This document shows, piece by piece, positions 63,495-64,000 of a DNA stretch of 64,000 bases. The position numbers and the translations under genes are program-made. Numbering within the stretch: position 1 is the first letter of the stretch; each line of letters begins with the position of its first letter. Under the pieces are notes generated by a model, which saw only the letters and a program-made list of their open reading frames with translations, did not search any database and was not told the origin of the DNA. Source of the DNA: a virus (Duplodnaviria; Caudoviricetes); the IMG/VR virus record IMGVR_UViG_3300017791_000021, positions 32,001 to 96,000 of that record. The stretch is one strand, 5' to 3'.

Positions 63495-63553
63495 TTAGGT
63501 ACCTTATTCTTCGAATTAGTGTCTCTTGGGGTATAGCTTACCACAATTTTTAA

Positions 63554-64000
63554 TTATGGACGGTCAAACTTGTTAGCCAAAAGTATTGTAGCTGTTGCTG
63601 TATCCTGCAAACTTGCGGAAGACTTGGACACGATAACCCAGCCAACTAGCGCACCGCTGGATAATGCTGGATTAATGGTGAATGGTGTATTTCCAATTGA
63701 GCTTGCCGCTGCTGCGAGAGTAGGAAATACTTGGTCACCATATTGAATCAAGACCTGATTTCCAGCAGTACCCGTTCCAAAGAGGTATACGCGCATAACA
63801 GTGGAAGTATTAACTCCTCCGGGAATAACTGTTAGTACTCCAGCATTATCGTAGTGAGTAACATCTAGAGTAGTTGTATTAGGCAGACCACCACCAGTTC
63901 TAAGAATGTGTCTAAAACTTAGCGGAGTTTCAGCAGGAACTGTAATGTTGTGCGGATTCGCTGTGTCATTCTTGTAGTTTCTACCACCTACGAAAATTGA
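63554..64000 (-). CDS. partial beta-rich, probably structural protein (5' end outside window)
   Basis: frame open from 64000 to the stop at 63554. Confidence 0.65.
   Translation of the reverse strand, partial: SIFVGGRNYKNDTANPHNITVPAETPLSFRHILRTGGGLPNTTTLDVTHYDNAGVLTVIPGGVNTSTVMRVYLFGTGTAGNQVLIQYGDQVFPTLAAAASSIGNTPFTINPALSSGALVGWVIVSKSSASLQDTATATILLANKFDRP

Noticed and set aside
63554-64000. Terminase expected upstream of portal
   Set aside because: The partial ORF has no ATPase or nuclease motifs; terminase is presumably outside the window

Overview
The window is a 64-kb segment of a large tailed dsDNA phage with a contractile tail. Its host is almost certainly an actinomycete, plausibly Streptomyces-like (WhiB, Rpf-LysM, HrdB/SigA-type promoters). 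Essentially every real gene is on the minus strand, and the long plus-strand ORFs are antisense shadows. In transcription order (right to left) it holds: portal, scaffold, N4-gp56-type major capsid, neck and fibre genes; an eCIS-like sheath/tube/tape-measure/baseplate module (about 35.5-63.5 kb); a replication and nucleotide-metabolism region with many small accessory genes (DnaC-like loader, PNK, DnaB, primase, SNF2 helicase, SSB, PolA, class II RNR, RecA, RNA ligase, WhiB, Cas4-like nuclease, ThyX, RuvC; about 4.3-35.4 kb); a SpoVS-led block of small proteins; and a self-contained operon encoding a secreted NlpC/P60 endopeptidase and a secreted resuscitation-promoting factor. The strongest candidate for a new system is this Rpf + RipA-like operon, a possible dormancy-breaking module, found alongside SpoVS and WhiB. 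Other leads are a promoter-proximal four-way-junction RNA upstream of thyX, promoters nested in terminator hairpins, paired structured repeats flanking accessory genes, a +1 frameshift candidate in the tail chaperone, and a modular fibre family. No terminase, integrase, tRNA, CRISPR array or canonical endolysin was seen. All calls come from reading motifs by eye; no searches were run.
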